From a virus (taxonomy: Duplodnaviria > Caudoviricetes), in IMG/VR virus record IMGVR_UViG_3300025030_000113, positions 1-59,163 of that record: a stretch of DNA of 59,163 nucleotides. One strand, given 5' to 3'. Under the pieces are notes generated by a model. The model saw nothing but the letters and a program-made list of their open reading frames with translations. It was not told the DNA's origin and ran no database searches. Position numbers and translations under genes: made by a program. Of this stretch, positions 29,579 through 42,500 are shown piece by piece. Numbering within the stretch: position 1 is the stretch's first letter; every line of letters starts with the position of its first letter.

Positions 29579-30492
29579 TGGGATTGCTCACCCAGGCCCT
29601 TGCAGGCGGCGTAGCAGCAGCAGCAGACACCACGGCAAGTATCATGGTCGACAACGCCAAGGCGGCCCGGCAGTCCGAGCGGGACGTGGCGAACGCGCTG
29701 CGCGAAGAGAACTTGATGCGCCTCAGGGAAACACTGCAACAGCAGTCTTCCGACCGTGAGTTTACCCGCAACCAGGGCGCCGAGCTTGCTAAAGAAGAAC
29801 GCACGTTCTCCCGCGGCGAGTCGGGCATGGTGGATGCGGAAGGCGTACCGCTCACCAGGGCGCAGGCCGAGGCAGTCAAGAAGCAGGACGCGGCGGCAGC
29901 CGAAGCGGGGCCGGTGAAACCCGGGCTCATCTCGGCGGCGAAATACACGGAAGAGAATACGATCTCCAAGGATTACGTCGACCCGGACGGCAAGCCGATC
30001 ACGGTGGCCGAGGCGAAGTACCGGCAGAAGAACGGTCAGCCCCTGAAGTTGCGCGAGGACGTCGAGCACGAACGCACCAGAAAGGAGAAGGGCGAGGACC
30101 GGGAGAAGGACCTGAAGGACTACAAGAAGAAGAAGGATATCGACGTTGCAGGAGACATCAAGAAGGAGAACGCCAAGCCGAAGGAGCCGAAGGAAACGGA
30201 CGCCGTTAGGGGCGGCCCCACCGTGAGGTACATCGAAGCTGCAAAAGTCAGGAGAAGCAACGGGACTACCGGGCCCGGCACCATGGCTTTTGACATGAGC
30301 AACCCGACTCACCGCGCCCAGTTCAGCCAATGGGTAACCGGTGGCCAGGGCGTCGAAGTTTTCGGAGACGAACGCAAAACAGAGGATATGGAAACTGGCG
30401 CGGTAACAAAAACCAAAACGGCACCGGGCGGGCTTGCACAGCCGAAAACGGCCGGCAATGGTACGCGCTTCACTATCAAGTCTGTCAAGTAA
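29578..30492 (+). CDS. probable internal virion protein
   Basis: MGLL..ALAGG N-terminus, charged helical body; precedes giant gene. Confidence 0.6.
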   Translation: MGLLTQALAGGVAAAADTTASIMVDNAKAARQSERDVANALREENLMRLRETLQQQSSDREFTRNQGAELAKEERTFSRGESGMVDAEGVPLTRAQAEAVKKQDAAAAEAGPVKPGLISAAKYTEENTISKDYVDPDGKPITVAEAKYRQKNGQPLKLREDVEHERTRKEKGEDREKDLKDYKKKKDIDVAGDIKKENAKPKEPKETDAVRGGPTVRYIEAAKVRRSNGTTGPGTMAFDMSNPTHRAQFSQWVTGGQGVEVFGDERKTEDMETGAVTKTKTAPGGLAQPKTAGNGTRFTIKSVK

Positions 30493-30504
30493 ATAGGGGA
30501 TCAC

Positions 30505-33500
30505 ATGGCCGAGTACACCGTCTTCGACAACTCCACCAAAAGGGAAGTTACCTTTGAGTGGAACGATCCCAACCCGCCTACCGATGCCGACATGGAAGAA
30601 GTCTTTGCGGCAGCCTCACAGCAGAATCCCGCAGCACCCAGCAAGAAAATCTTTGGCGAACAAGGCGGGTCCACGATGGGGATCGCCTCCGAGGCCGGCA
30701 AGAAAAGCGCGGCAAGCGGCAAGCGCTTCCTCCAGGACACCGCCGTCGATGCGGTGAAGGGCGTCGTCGGCCTGGGAGAGTCTGTAGTCGGTGGGCTCGA
30801 CCTGGTGACAGGGAACCTTGCCGGCGAGGGACTGGCCGCTGTCGGGTACGACCCGAAGAAAACGGACGAGATTCTGTCCTCAGGGTACAGCGCGGAGCGG
30901 CAGCAGGCCAATGCCAACGTGCAAGGCGCCAAGGGATTCATGGAGACGCTGGGCGCCTTGGTCGACAACCCTTCTGTGGCATTCGGCAGCATCGTTGAAT
31001 CTGCTCCCCTATCGCTCGGCAGCGCGGCGGCGGCCCGCACACTTGCGGTCAGGTTGCTGGCCCGCGCAGGCATCGCCCCCGGAACGGCTGCAGCTACCGA
31101 GTTCTTCGCTAACCCGGCGACGCAGGCAAAGCTACTGGCTGCCGCAGCTGGCACCGAAGGCGCCATGACGGCAGGCAGTATTCAAGAGGGCGGGCGGCAA
31201 GGTGGGCGCGACTACACCGACACCGTGCTGCCGGCACTGGCAGCTGGCGCGGTGACTGGCACCATCAGCGCGGTGACGTCAAAGATCCCCGGGTTCAAGG
31301 ATGCGGAAGTCTCTGCGGCCACCGCTGGAATGGCGGGCGAAGCCGCGGGCGGGATACTGCAGGCGGGCAAAGAGATTGCCAAGAGCATGTTCAAGGAAGG
31401 CGTGCTTGAGGAACTGCCCCAGTCGGCGCAAGAGCAGGTGTTCACGAACCTCGCCATGGGGAAACCTTGGGACGAGGGCGTAGGCGAGGCGGCAGCGCAA
31501 GGCATGGTTGCCGGCATGGGCCAGGGCGGCGGCATGACGGCCGTCTCCGAGACAATGAACCGGAAGGACGCTATCCGCTCCAGGCTCGACAAGATGCGCG
31601 GCAAGACGTCCGTCGTGGTTCCCGACACCGGCGTCAGCGACCCGACCGTATCCGTCGACGACGCAATAGCGGCGGCAGCGGCCGAAGTCTCCGGGGGGTG
31701 GGACAGGGGGAACCGGGACGAACTCCTGAAGAGTCTGGGCGGCGAGGTCGATCCGGTGGCAGAGGCTATCAGCGGGGCCCGCGGCTCGCTCGACGTGGCA
31801 GACCCGGCGCGGGCATTGGCCGACCCGATGTTGCGCGAGATTGAGGGCGCACAGCTGACCGCCGACCCGTTCAAGGATTACCCGCTTACCCGCCCCATCA
31901 TCCAGCCGGGCGCACCGACCGCAGCAGGTGGCGAGATTGTCGGCGTTGAGGGCTACCGGCAGAAAGACGTGATACCGAACCAGCCTATCCTGAACGACGA
32001 GCAGCAGGCCGTGCAGGACACGTTTCTGAAGGGTGGCCCGGCGCTGAACCGCGACGCTATCGACGAGGTGCTGGCAAACCAGAACGACCCGAACCTGGCA
32101 GACGAGATTGCCAAGGGCCGGCAGGAGGCAGAAGCATTGCGGCAGGCTGGGCAGCTGCCTGTCGCAGAACAAACCAACCCGAACGGCGCCGGCCCCTCCC
32201 CGGTGACGAAGGTTGATGCCCCGGCGCAGCCCCTCCCTGCGCCGGGGGCTTTTTCTCCCCCCGCTCCTAAAGTGGAGACCACCCCTGCGGCCAAGATCGA
32301 GACGCCTCTGTCGGCGGTGCAGCAAGAGTTTATCCGCGGGAAGGTGAAGGCGCTCGGCAGCATCGATGCGGTGCAGGCGAAGTACGGAGACCAGGCTGCA
32401 CCGGTGGACCGCTATGCCAGAGATTTCGCAGCGCAGCATTTTGCACCGGCCAAAAAGGTGGCCGAGCAGGCGCCCATCGCGGCCCCTACGACCGGCCCGA
32501 AGATGGTGCGCGGCAGGGCGAACAAGGCGTTCACGGCCAAGGGCGATAAAATCTACAGTTCCTTTGCTGTCGTGGAAGCTGACGACCTGGTAGCGTCTCA
32601 CTCTGCAGACGGCACGCCAAACCCGAAATACCCGCAGGAGATCCAGCCGCGCAACCGGGAGAAGGTATCGAGCCAGCTGCAGATTCAGCAAATGTCGCAG
32701 GCGTTACGGCCGGCGCAGCTGGGGGAGTCGGCAAAGGTCAGCAGCGGATCCCCTTTCATCGGCCCGGACGGCGTGGTGGAGTCCGGGAACGGGCGCACCC
32801 TGGCGATCAGGCAGGCATACGACACCGACAAGGCCGGCGAGTACCGCGCATGGCTGGAGTCCGAAGCCGCCCGGCTTGACGTCAACCCGGCAGAGATCAA
32901 GGGAATGAAGAAGCCGGTGCTGGTCCGTGTGCGTGAAACCGAAGTGGACCGCCCAGCGTTTGCCCGGGAAGCGAACCAGGCAGGCATGGCGGCAATGAGC
33001 CCGGCCGAGCTCGCCAAGTCGGACGCGGCCCGGATCACTCCGGACCACATCGGCAGCCTCAACGTGGGGGATGACGGTAACCTGCTTTCTTCCGGCAACC
33101 GCCCGTTCGTTTCCGCGTTCCTGAAAGGGTTAGGATCGAGCGAAGCGGCAGGGCTCACCGACGCCCAAGGACTGCCCACAAGGCAGCTTGCAGACCGGAT
33201 GCAGGCCGCCATATTCACCAAGGCGTACAACGACCCAAAACTGGTATCCATGATGGCCGAGGAATCGGACGTGGATATCAAGAACATCATCACCGCCCTG
33301 AACGCCGCGGCACCCGCGTTTGTCAGGACCGAGGCGAAGGAGATCGTCGGCAAACTTACCGACGCGATCGGGATGATCAGAGAGGCGAAGCAGCGCGGCC
33401 TTACCCTCGATGACTTCTTGAGTCAGCAGGATATGTTCTCGGGTGGTAGGGATGCCGACGCCGAGACGATCGCCCGCGGCATCGGCGGCATGATGCGCAG

Positions 33501-36500
33501 CGGCAAGAAGATGGCCGAGGCCTTCCGCTCCCTGGCCGACGCGGCCGGCCGCAACAACGATTACGCCTCGCAGGGGAACCTCCTGGGCGACAAGGCAAAG
33601 ACGCCGAGCGAAATCATCAGCGACGTGTTCAAGCAGGCAGGACCTCAGGCACAGCAGCAGCCGCTGCTTAACCAGGAGCCGGAAGCGAAGCAGCCTGCAC
33701 CTAAACCGGACAACGGCAAGAGCAGGATCGAGAACGAGCTTGACGAGCTTTCCGACGACGACGTTGCCAACATGATCAGCAGCGCCATGGCAGCGCCGAC
33801 CGACCGACCGGCCGCCAAGGTCGAGAAGGTGAAGCGCATCAAGGCCGCTGTGGTGGCAGGCAAGAAACCCCGCGGGGCCGCCTCGCTTCTTGCTGACGCA
33901 GCCAAGGAAGCCGGGCAAGGGTTTGCCGACTCGCTCAAGGCTCTTGCCGCATCCTACGGCGTCGACGAAAGCAAGCTTTCCGCCTTTCCTGCCGGGTTTG
34001 ATGCAGACGGCTATGCGAAGGCCAAGCCTCACTTCCTCTCGGCATGGGAGCACTACAAGGCGGCCGGGAAGGGCCTGGTGGAGTTCGTGCAGTACCTGGG
34101 CGACAAGCTTGGGCGCCTGATCCCCGGTTTCGAATCCCAGCTGGGGTACTTCTTTGGGGAAATGCGGGGCAAGCACAGCTTTGAAGCCGACCTTGCAGAG
34201 CAGAGCAAGCCGGCCGGATACCAGTATCCTGACCAGCGGCCGGTGCTCACGGAGGCAGGGCTCAAGGATATCGTGCCGACCGACTACATGGAAAAGGTCG
34301 ACGCCTCCCTGGAGCTGCCGGAAACCTACCGCATCGACACCCCCGAGCGCGAGCAGATGCGCGAAGCCGCTGCTGAAAAGCTTTACGGCGACGGCGCCAA
34401 AAACAAGGACTACCGCGTCGATATCATTCTTGGCCTGGCGGCGTCCGGCAAATCCAGCGTAGCCAACCCAATTGCCAAGGAACACGGCTCGCTGGTTCTC
34501 GATTGCGACGATGCAAAAGAACTGCTCCCCGAGTTCGACAACGGGAACGGCTCCAACGCTGTGCACGAAGAGAGCTCCGACATTTTCGGGCGGGCCTACC
34601 AGCGGGCCCTGTTGGCCGGCGACAACCTGGTGCTCCCCCTGGTCGGCGGTAGCCTCCCCAGCCTGGAGCGGCGCCTGAAAGCTCTTGCCAACGCGGGGTA
34701 TGACGTTCACCTTCACTACGTCGACCTGCCGATGCAGAAGTCGGTGGAGCGGCTGCTGTCCAGGTACAACGAAACCGGGCGCCTGATGGACCCGCGATTA
34801 ATTGTAAACAATGGCTTGCACCCCTTTAAAAATTATAGTATCGTTAAGTCGCAAGGAGGGATCACCAATGAAAGCGACCAAGGTGGACAAGAGAAACGGC
34901 CTGGTGTACGGGTCGGCGGAATGGCAGGAGTGGATTCTGGACAACTCGATGACCAAAGCGGAAGAGGGAGCCGCGGCGGCCAAGGAGAAGCAGACTACCG
35001 CGTAGAGAGCGCGACGTTCTACAACAACGATAAGCCGTTCGGCGCTCCCAACATTATCGTTGAATCCCAAACCAACCCCACACCCAAGCCGGCCAAAGGG
35101 CCAAGAGTTTCCGTGCAGGTATCCGCTGCCGAAGGAGGGAAAGGTGTCTCAGCAGTCAGTGATAAAAAACTTGGGGCTAAAGAGCCGGATGCAGCTGGAC
35201 GAGCTGAAGGGCAAGATTCCGATGAACCTGGGGCTGGAGCTCCTGCAAATGTGGGAAGCGAGCGACCCGCGCAGGTTTCAGAGTCTGCGCCTTCAGGATC
35301 TGGTGATACCGCTATTGGAGCAGCAGACGCTGCTGCTGGAGAAGGCGATAGAGGCGCAGGTGGACAGCCCGCACCTCGTCCTGTACGAAACGCTGCAGAT
35401 GTGCGGGGTCCCTCTCACGTTACAGGAAGCGCTCGGAACTTCACGATCACGAATGAGCTTGAGTTCGGTGGAGTCGGCGCTAAGTCAAAGTTCAAGAACA
35501 ACGTAGAAGCGATCAGGACCCTGCAAACCCTGGAGAGTGAGGCACGCCCGGCAACCCCGGACGAGCAAGCCACTCTTGCCCGCTACGTCGGGTGGGGCGG
35601 ACTGCCTCAGGCGTTCGATGAAAAGAAAAAGGATTGGGCGAAGGAGTACGCCGAGCTCAAGGCCTTGCTCACCCCCGAGCAGTACGAAACCGCAGTATCC
35701 TCCACACAGAACGCGCATTACACCGCGGCCGAAGTTGTCAAAGGGATTTGGGCGGGCGTGCAGCGCCTCGGCTTCGACCGCGGCAGCGTGCTGGAGCCGT
35801 CCATGGGCACCGGTAACTTTTTCGGCCTGATGCCCCGCGAGCTGCGCTCCATGTCGAAGATGACCGGCGTGGAGTTCGACCACATCACCGGCATGATTGC
35901 AAAGCACCTGTACCCGCAGGCCCGCGTGCATGCCCCCCTTGGATTCCAGGACCTGCAGATTGTCCCGGAAAGCTTTGACCTCGCCATAGGTAACCCGCCG
36001 TTCGGTGCCAAGCCGGTATTCGACCCCAACAGCAAAACCCTTTCCAAGTTCAAGATTCACGGCTACTTCTTTGCCAAGTCGGTTGACTCGCTGCGCCCTG
36101 GCGGCGTGCTGGCCATGGTTGTCTCCAAGGGGTTCCTCGACGCCAACGATGCGACCGGCAAGCAGCAGCGCGACTATGTGGCGGCCCGGGCGAAGTTGCT
36201 GGGCGCGATCCGCTTGCCGGATACCGCGTTCTCTGTCAACGCAGGGACGGAAGTAACCACCGATATCGTGTTTCTGCAAAAGCTCGCACCGGGGGAGCAG
36301 GGGAACTCGGCAGAGTGGAGCGAAATGGGAGCGGTTCAGGACCCGGCCACCGGCGCCGATATCCAGATCAACAAGTATTTCGTGTCGAACCCGGACATGA
36401 TGCTGGGCGAAATGGCGCTGAGAGGGGGCGCATGGCGAGCAGGTGGCGCTATCTTGGCGGCCCGCGCCGGCGAGGACCTGGGCGAGAAGCTGCAAGCCGC

Positions 36501-39500
36501 GATCGAGAAGCTGCCGAAGAACGTCATGGCCAGCGGGAAGCGCACCACTCAGGACCTGAACAACGCGGCGGCGGCCAGCCTCAAGAACGTAGACAGCGTT
36601 CGCCCCTTCAACTTCTTCATGGAGAACGGCAAGCTTTACCAGCGCATGCCCGACATGAACGGCGACACGCAGGCCCGCCAGCTGGATCACATCGGGACGA
36701 CCGCCGACCGCATTGCCGGCATGGTCGAGTTGCGCGACGCGGTGCGCAAGCAGCTGGCCCTGGAAGCGAACGAGAAAAGCTCGGATATGGCGATCGACCA
36801 TAACCGGAAGGTGCTGAACACCCTTTACGACGCCTACGTGAAACGGTACGGCAACCTGAACAACGACACCAACAAGCGCCTGTTTTGGGACGATGCCGAC
36901 TCCCCCCTGGTGCGCTCCCTGGAAAAGAGCTTTGATAAGGGACTGAGCAAGGACCTGGCGAAGAAGCAGGGCAAGGAGGCAAGGGAGGCCAGCGCCAAGA
37001 AGGCCGATATTTTCACTAAGCGCGTGCTCTCGCCGGCCATGGAAGTCACCAAGGTGGAGAGCGCCCCCGATGCCCTATCTGCTTCGATGAACGAGAAGGG
37101 CCGCGTCGACTTCCCCTACATGGAAGCGATATACGGCAAGGACGCCGAGCAGATCACCAAGGAGCTTGGGGAATCCGTTTACGAGGACCCCAGCGCAGGC
37201 TGGCTCCCGGCAAGCGAATACCTTTCCGGGAACGTGAAGGCGAAGCTGGCAGAGGCGATCAACGCGGCCAAGTCGGACCCGAAGTACGGCCGCAACGTGG
37301 AAGCGCTCGACGCGGTGCAGCCTGAGGACGTCCCGGCCGCTGATATCTTTGTCGCTCCCCATGCCTTTTGGGTTCCGGAGGAAGTCTACCACCAGTTCGC
37401 AGCGGAGGTGCTGCAAGGCACCATGGCGGGCGGATACTCCCGCGCTACCCACAGCTGGAACGTGCGCTTTACCAGCAGCGACAACACGCTGAACACGGCA
37501 AAGCTCGGGACCGGCCGCATGTCGGCTACCACGATCATGAGCACCCTGATGGCGAACAAGCAGATTGCCGTCTACGACCCGAACCCGCAGAAGGACGGCG
37601 CCCGCATCCTGAACGCCAGCGAGACGGCCGCCGCGCAGGGGAAGGCCGACGAACTGACCGAGCTTTTCCAGGATTGGATCTGGAAGGACCAGGCCCGGCG
37701 CCAGAAGGTAGTCAGGAAGTACAACGACCTGATGAACACGACGGTGGACGCTCGGCACGACGGTTCCCACATGACGTTCCCGGGCATGTCTCCCACCTTC
37801 CAGTTCAGGCCGCACCAGAAAAACGCGGTGTACCGCTCGGTGCAAACCGGCGTCGCGCTCTACGATCACGTTGTCGGCGCAGGCAAGACAGCCGTTATCA
37901 CCGCAACAGCGATGGAGCTACGCAGGCTGGGCCTGGCTAAAAAACCGATGGTCACCGTGCCGAACCACCTGGTAGAGCAATGGGCGGCAGCGTTCGCCAA
38001 AATCTACCCGCAGGCCAAGGTGCTTGCCGCGACGAAAAAGGACTTCAAGAAAGAGAACCGGCGCCAGTTGTTTGCCAAGATTGCCACCGGCGATTGGGAT
38101 GCCGTTATCATCGCCCACTCGTCGTTCAAGTTTATCCCGGTTCCGCCTGCTATTCAGATGGAGATACTTGACGAGCAGAAGGCCGAGATTCTACAGGCGC
38201 TGCGGGAGGCAAAGGAGGACGCCGGCAAGAAGCTTTCCGTGAAGAAGCTGCAGGAGGCAAAGGACAGGATCGAGGCGAAGATTCAGGCCCTGGCCGATAT
38301 GCCGAAGGACGACCTGCTGAACTTCGAAGAAATGGGGATCGATGCCCTGTTTACCGACGAGGCCCACGAATTCAAAAACCTTTTCTACACCACGACCATG
38401 CAGAACGTCGCGGGCCTGGGCGACCCTACCGGCAGCGGGCGGGCGTTCGACATGTTCATCAAGACTCAGTACCTGATGCGCAGAAACGGCGGCAAAGGGG
38501 TCTATTTCGCCACAGGGACGCCGATCAGTAATAGCCTGGCAGAAGTGTTCCACATGCAGCGGTTCCTCCAGTACGGCGAGCTCAAGGCGCGAGGCCTGGC
38601 AAACTTCGACGCATGGGCCTCTGCGTTTGGCCTGGCAACGTCGGATTGGGAGCAGGACGCTGGCGGGCGCTACAAGCAGAAAACCCGCTTCCGCAAACTG
38701 GTGAACCTCCCGGAGCTCAAGCAGCTGTGGCGCCAGGTCACCGACACCATCACCAACCCGGACCTGATCAGGGACGCGGAGCAGCAGGGCAAGACGTTCC
38801 CCCTGCCAAAGATTGAGGGCGGAAAGCCTCAGAACGTGGTGGTTGAGCGCTCCCCCCAGCAGGCGGAATACATCGGCATCCCCCGGGAGAAAACCGACGA
38901 CGATGGTAACGTGATCGTGAATACCGAGAACGGCATGCCGGTCGTTGAGTACGATCCCGGCACCATCGTTTACCGCATGGAGCACTGGCTTGACGAGAAG
39001 AAGAAAGGCAACACGCGGGAAATGCCCCTGGTCATCACCGGCGACGCTCGCAAGGCGGGCCTCGACTTCCGGCTGATTGACGAGAACTCCCCGGACTTCG
39101 CGGGCTCCAAGACGAACACGGCTGTGAACGAGATCCACGAAATCTGGAAGGAGAACGATCACCGCAAGGGCACGCAGCTGGTATTCATCGACCTGTCGAC
39201 CCCGAAGGCACACAAGGGGCAGAACCTGGCGAAGATGGCAGAGACTGTGCCGACCTACTTTGTCAAGGACCGGGGCACCATTCAGCACGTTGCCGGCAAG
39301 CCGGTTAAGCTCGACGCCATTCAGGCCGAGTGGGAGTTTTTCTCTTTCAAGAAGGGCAAGAGCGTCAGGGTGTACGAGCGCATGTCAGGCCTGGAGATTG
39401 GCGAGGGTGCCAACGTCACCGAAGCCAAGGCGAACGCGACGGAGAAGCTTGCGAGAATCCCCGTACACGTCATGGAACAGCGCTTCCGCGACCAGGCCAT

Positions 39501-42500
39501 ACCCGACGAGCAGATAGAAAGCTACCTGATCGATTGGGAAGAAGCGCAGGCCAGCAAGGAAGATGACGGAGACGATGACGGCGCCGAGAAGGGACCGGAG
39601 ATTTCTTTTGACGACCTGCTGGCAGATTCCGGGAAGTCTGATTTCTCCGTCTACGATGACATTAAGACCAAACTGATCGAGAAGGGGGTCCCCGCCGACC
39701 AGATAGCCTATATCCACGACGCCAACACCGACGCGCAGAAGCATGACCTGTTCGCCAAGGTGAACTCGGGCGTGATCCGTGTCCTGCTGGGCTCCACCGC
39801 CAAGATGGGCGCCGGCACCAACGTGCAGAAGAAGCTGGTAGGCCTGCACCACCTTGACGCACCGTGGAAACCGAGCGACCTGGCGCAGCGTGAGGGCCGC
39901 ATTGTACGGCAGGGCAACGAATTCTATTACGAGGATCCCGAAGGTTTCCGCGTGAAGATCAGGCGCTACGCCACCAAGCAGACCTACGACTCTCGCATGT
40001 GGGAAATCATCGAGACGAAGGCCAAGAGCATCGAGCTGTTCAAGACGGGCGGCAAGGAGCTGCGCGAGATCGAGGACGTCTCCAGTGAGAGCGCCAACGC
40101 GGCCGAGATAAAGGCGAGCGCGGCCGGTAACCCGCTGATGCTTGAAGATTTGCAGATGAAAAACGAGATCCGCAAGTACGAGGGCATGGAGAAATCCTGG
40201 AAGCGTTCGCGCTACGACCTGGAGGACAAGGTTCACTCCGTCGAGGCGAAAAGCGCCTACCCCTACAAGCGCCTCGCTGATTTGGAGAAGGCGCAGAGGG
40301 GGCTGCAGCCGAAGAACGCCGACGCGCTCGGGCTCAAGCTGGGAAGGGTGGAGTACAACGAGAAGGAGGATTACAACCCTGAGGAAATGTTCAGGGTGAT
40401 CAGCCGGGCCTTCACGACGTCGATGCGCGACACCCGCCCGGTTGAAGTCGGCACGTACCGCGGGACCGATATTCAGGTAAGTTCCGGCCTGACGCAAAGC
40501 GTGCGCGTCGAGCTCATGTCCAACGGCGTGCGCATCGGCCTGACCGAATACACCCTGGAGGATAAATTCTCGGCGCCCGGTTTCATCACCAGGCTCGACA
40601 ACGTGGTCGACAACGTGGCGAACGATATTCGCGGGGCGAAGTCGAGCATTGCCCAGCTGGAGAAGGACGCCGCGGGCGCCCGGGAGGAACTGAAGCAACC
40701 GTTCAAGCATGCCGAGAAGCTGAAGGAGTTGCGGGACCAGCATAAGCGGGTAGTGTCTGCGCTACGCCAGGGACGGACCAGCGTTGAGGCTGCGCCGGTA
40801 GATGCTGAGACTCGATTCTCTTTGAATCAAACCAGCACCCCCGCCTTCAAGAAATGGTTCGGAGACTCCAAGGTAGTGGATGCCGAGGGTAAGCCGCTGG
40901 TGGTTTACCACGGCACACCTACAGGCGGCTTTACTGAGTTCAGCAAGGATTACCGGGGCCGCACAGGGGGGAGGTCGCGTGGTGGGTTTTCCTTCGCAAC
41001 AAACCGTGAAGCTGCCGAAGGTTACGCCAATGCTTACAATGATGAAACGGTAATTTTGGACGATGCTATACGCAAAGCCAACTCTGCACTCAGGATGCTT
41101 TCAGACACTCAGATGGAAGACATGGGGCTGGCCCCGGAAACCGAATTTTATTGGGGTGCCGTGGATGACACGGACGAGTTTTTATCCTACTTGGGGGAGT
41201 TGGCTGACAGTGCAAAGGCTTTCAACCCTGAAGCGGCAAGGATTTTAAAAGACGCTGCGGAGACAAGCAGAGAAGGCGACCCCGAAGTATATGAGGCATA
41301 CCTGAAAGTCCCTGCCAATGCCCCTGAATTTTACGCTACGCCTGAAACACTTGGCAAGGTTGTCGCAAGCTTGGACGTCCGAAACGTGCCGGGGGGTGCT
41401 GCGGTAGTCAACATGCCCAACGGAGAGAAGGTTTTCTACGTCTCTGATCCGACGCAGATCAAATCCGCCACCGGCAACAACGGAGAGTTCAACCCCGACA
41501 ACCCGGATATCCGCTTCAACCGGGACCAGACGGCCCAAGGCGCCGACGCAGCCGAGGTTCGAAACACTCTGACCTACTTCACCGCCAACATGGACAACGC
41601 GCCGGCCTGGGAAGTGGTGCAGGCTGAATCCGAACTGCCCGCAGCGGTCCAAGACGAAATCAACAGCCTCGACGCTTCCGGCGCTGTGCGGGGTGTATTC
41701 ACAGCTGGCAAGATTTACATCGTAGCCGACAACCTGAACGCGGCCGACGAGGCGGAAGCGGTGTTCCTGCACGAATCGGTAGCACACTACGGCCTGCGCG
41801 GCCTGCTCGGCGCTAGGTTCAAACCGGTGCTGCAGCAGATCGCCATGGTCTACGGCAACAAGGGGCTCAAGGATATCGCAGCACGCTACGGCCTGAACCT
41901 CTCCAAGCCTGAGGACCGGATGACGGCCGCCGAAGAAAAGCTTGCAGAAATGGCAGAGACGGCCGACCGTGTGGGCATCGTGAAGCGGGCCATTGCTGCG
42001 GTGCGTGATTGGCTGCGGCAGCACGGTTTCAAGGTGGAGTGGAGCGATAGCGATATCAAGGCGCTGCTGGCCCGGGCGCGGGGGTATGTGGAGCGGAGCA
42101 ATTCGCAGGCCACCACGCTGTTCGACGGTGACCGGTTTATGATTGCGGGCCCGGATGGCCGCGCCGACCTCCCCACCGAGACAAAGGTGCAGGCAGGCTG
42201 GCGCAAGTTCCAGGACAAGTACAACCGGGTCGACGTGCTGCAGCGCTGGCTGAAAGAACAGGGCGTGCGCCTCTCCGACCTGGCGAACGCTTCTCGCGGG
42301 CTCTACACCATGAACGGGAAAATTGCGGACCAGCTCTCGAGGTTCATGGACAACGACATTCAGCCGCTGGTGCAGGCGGCAGCAAAGGCGAAGGTGAGCC
42401 TTGACGATATCTCCGACTACCTCCTGATGCAGCACGCGGAGGAAGCAAACGAGCAGATGCGGAAACTGCACGATGACCCGGCCGCGCTGGCGTTTGGCGT

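Noticed and set aside
41063-41248. Possible third nested gene inside the ADP-ribosyltransferase-like domain
   Set aside because: No RBS, and the main frame is protein-like here
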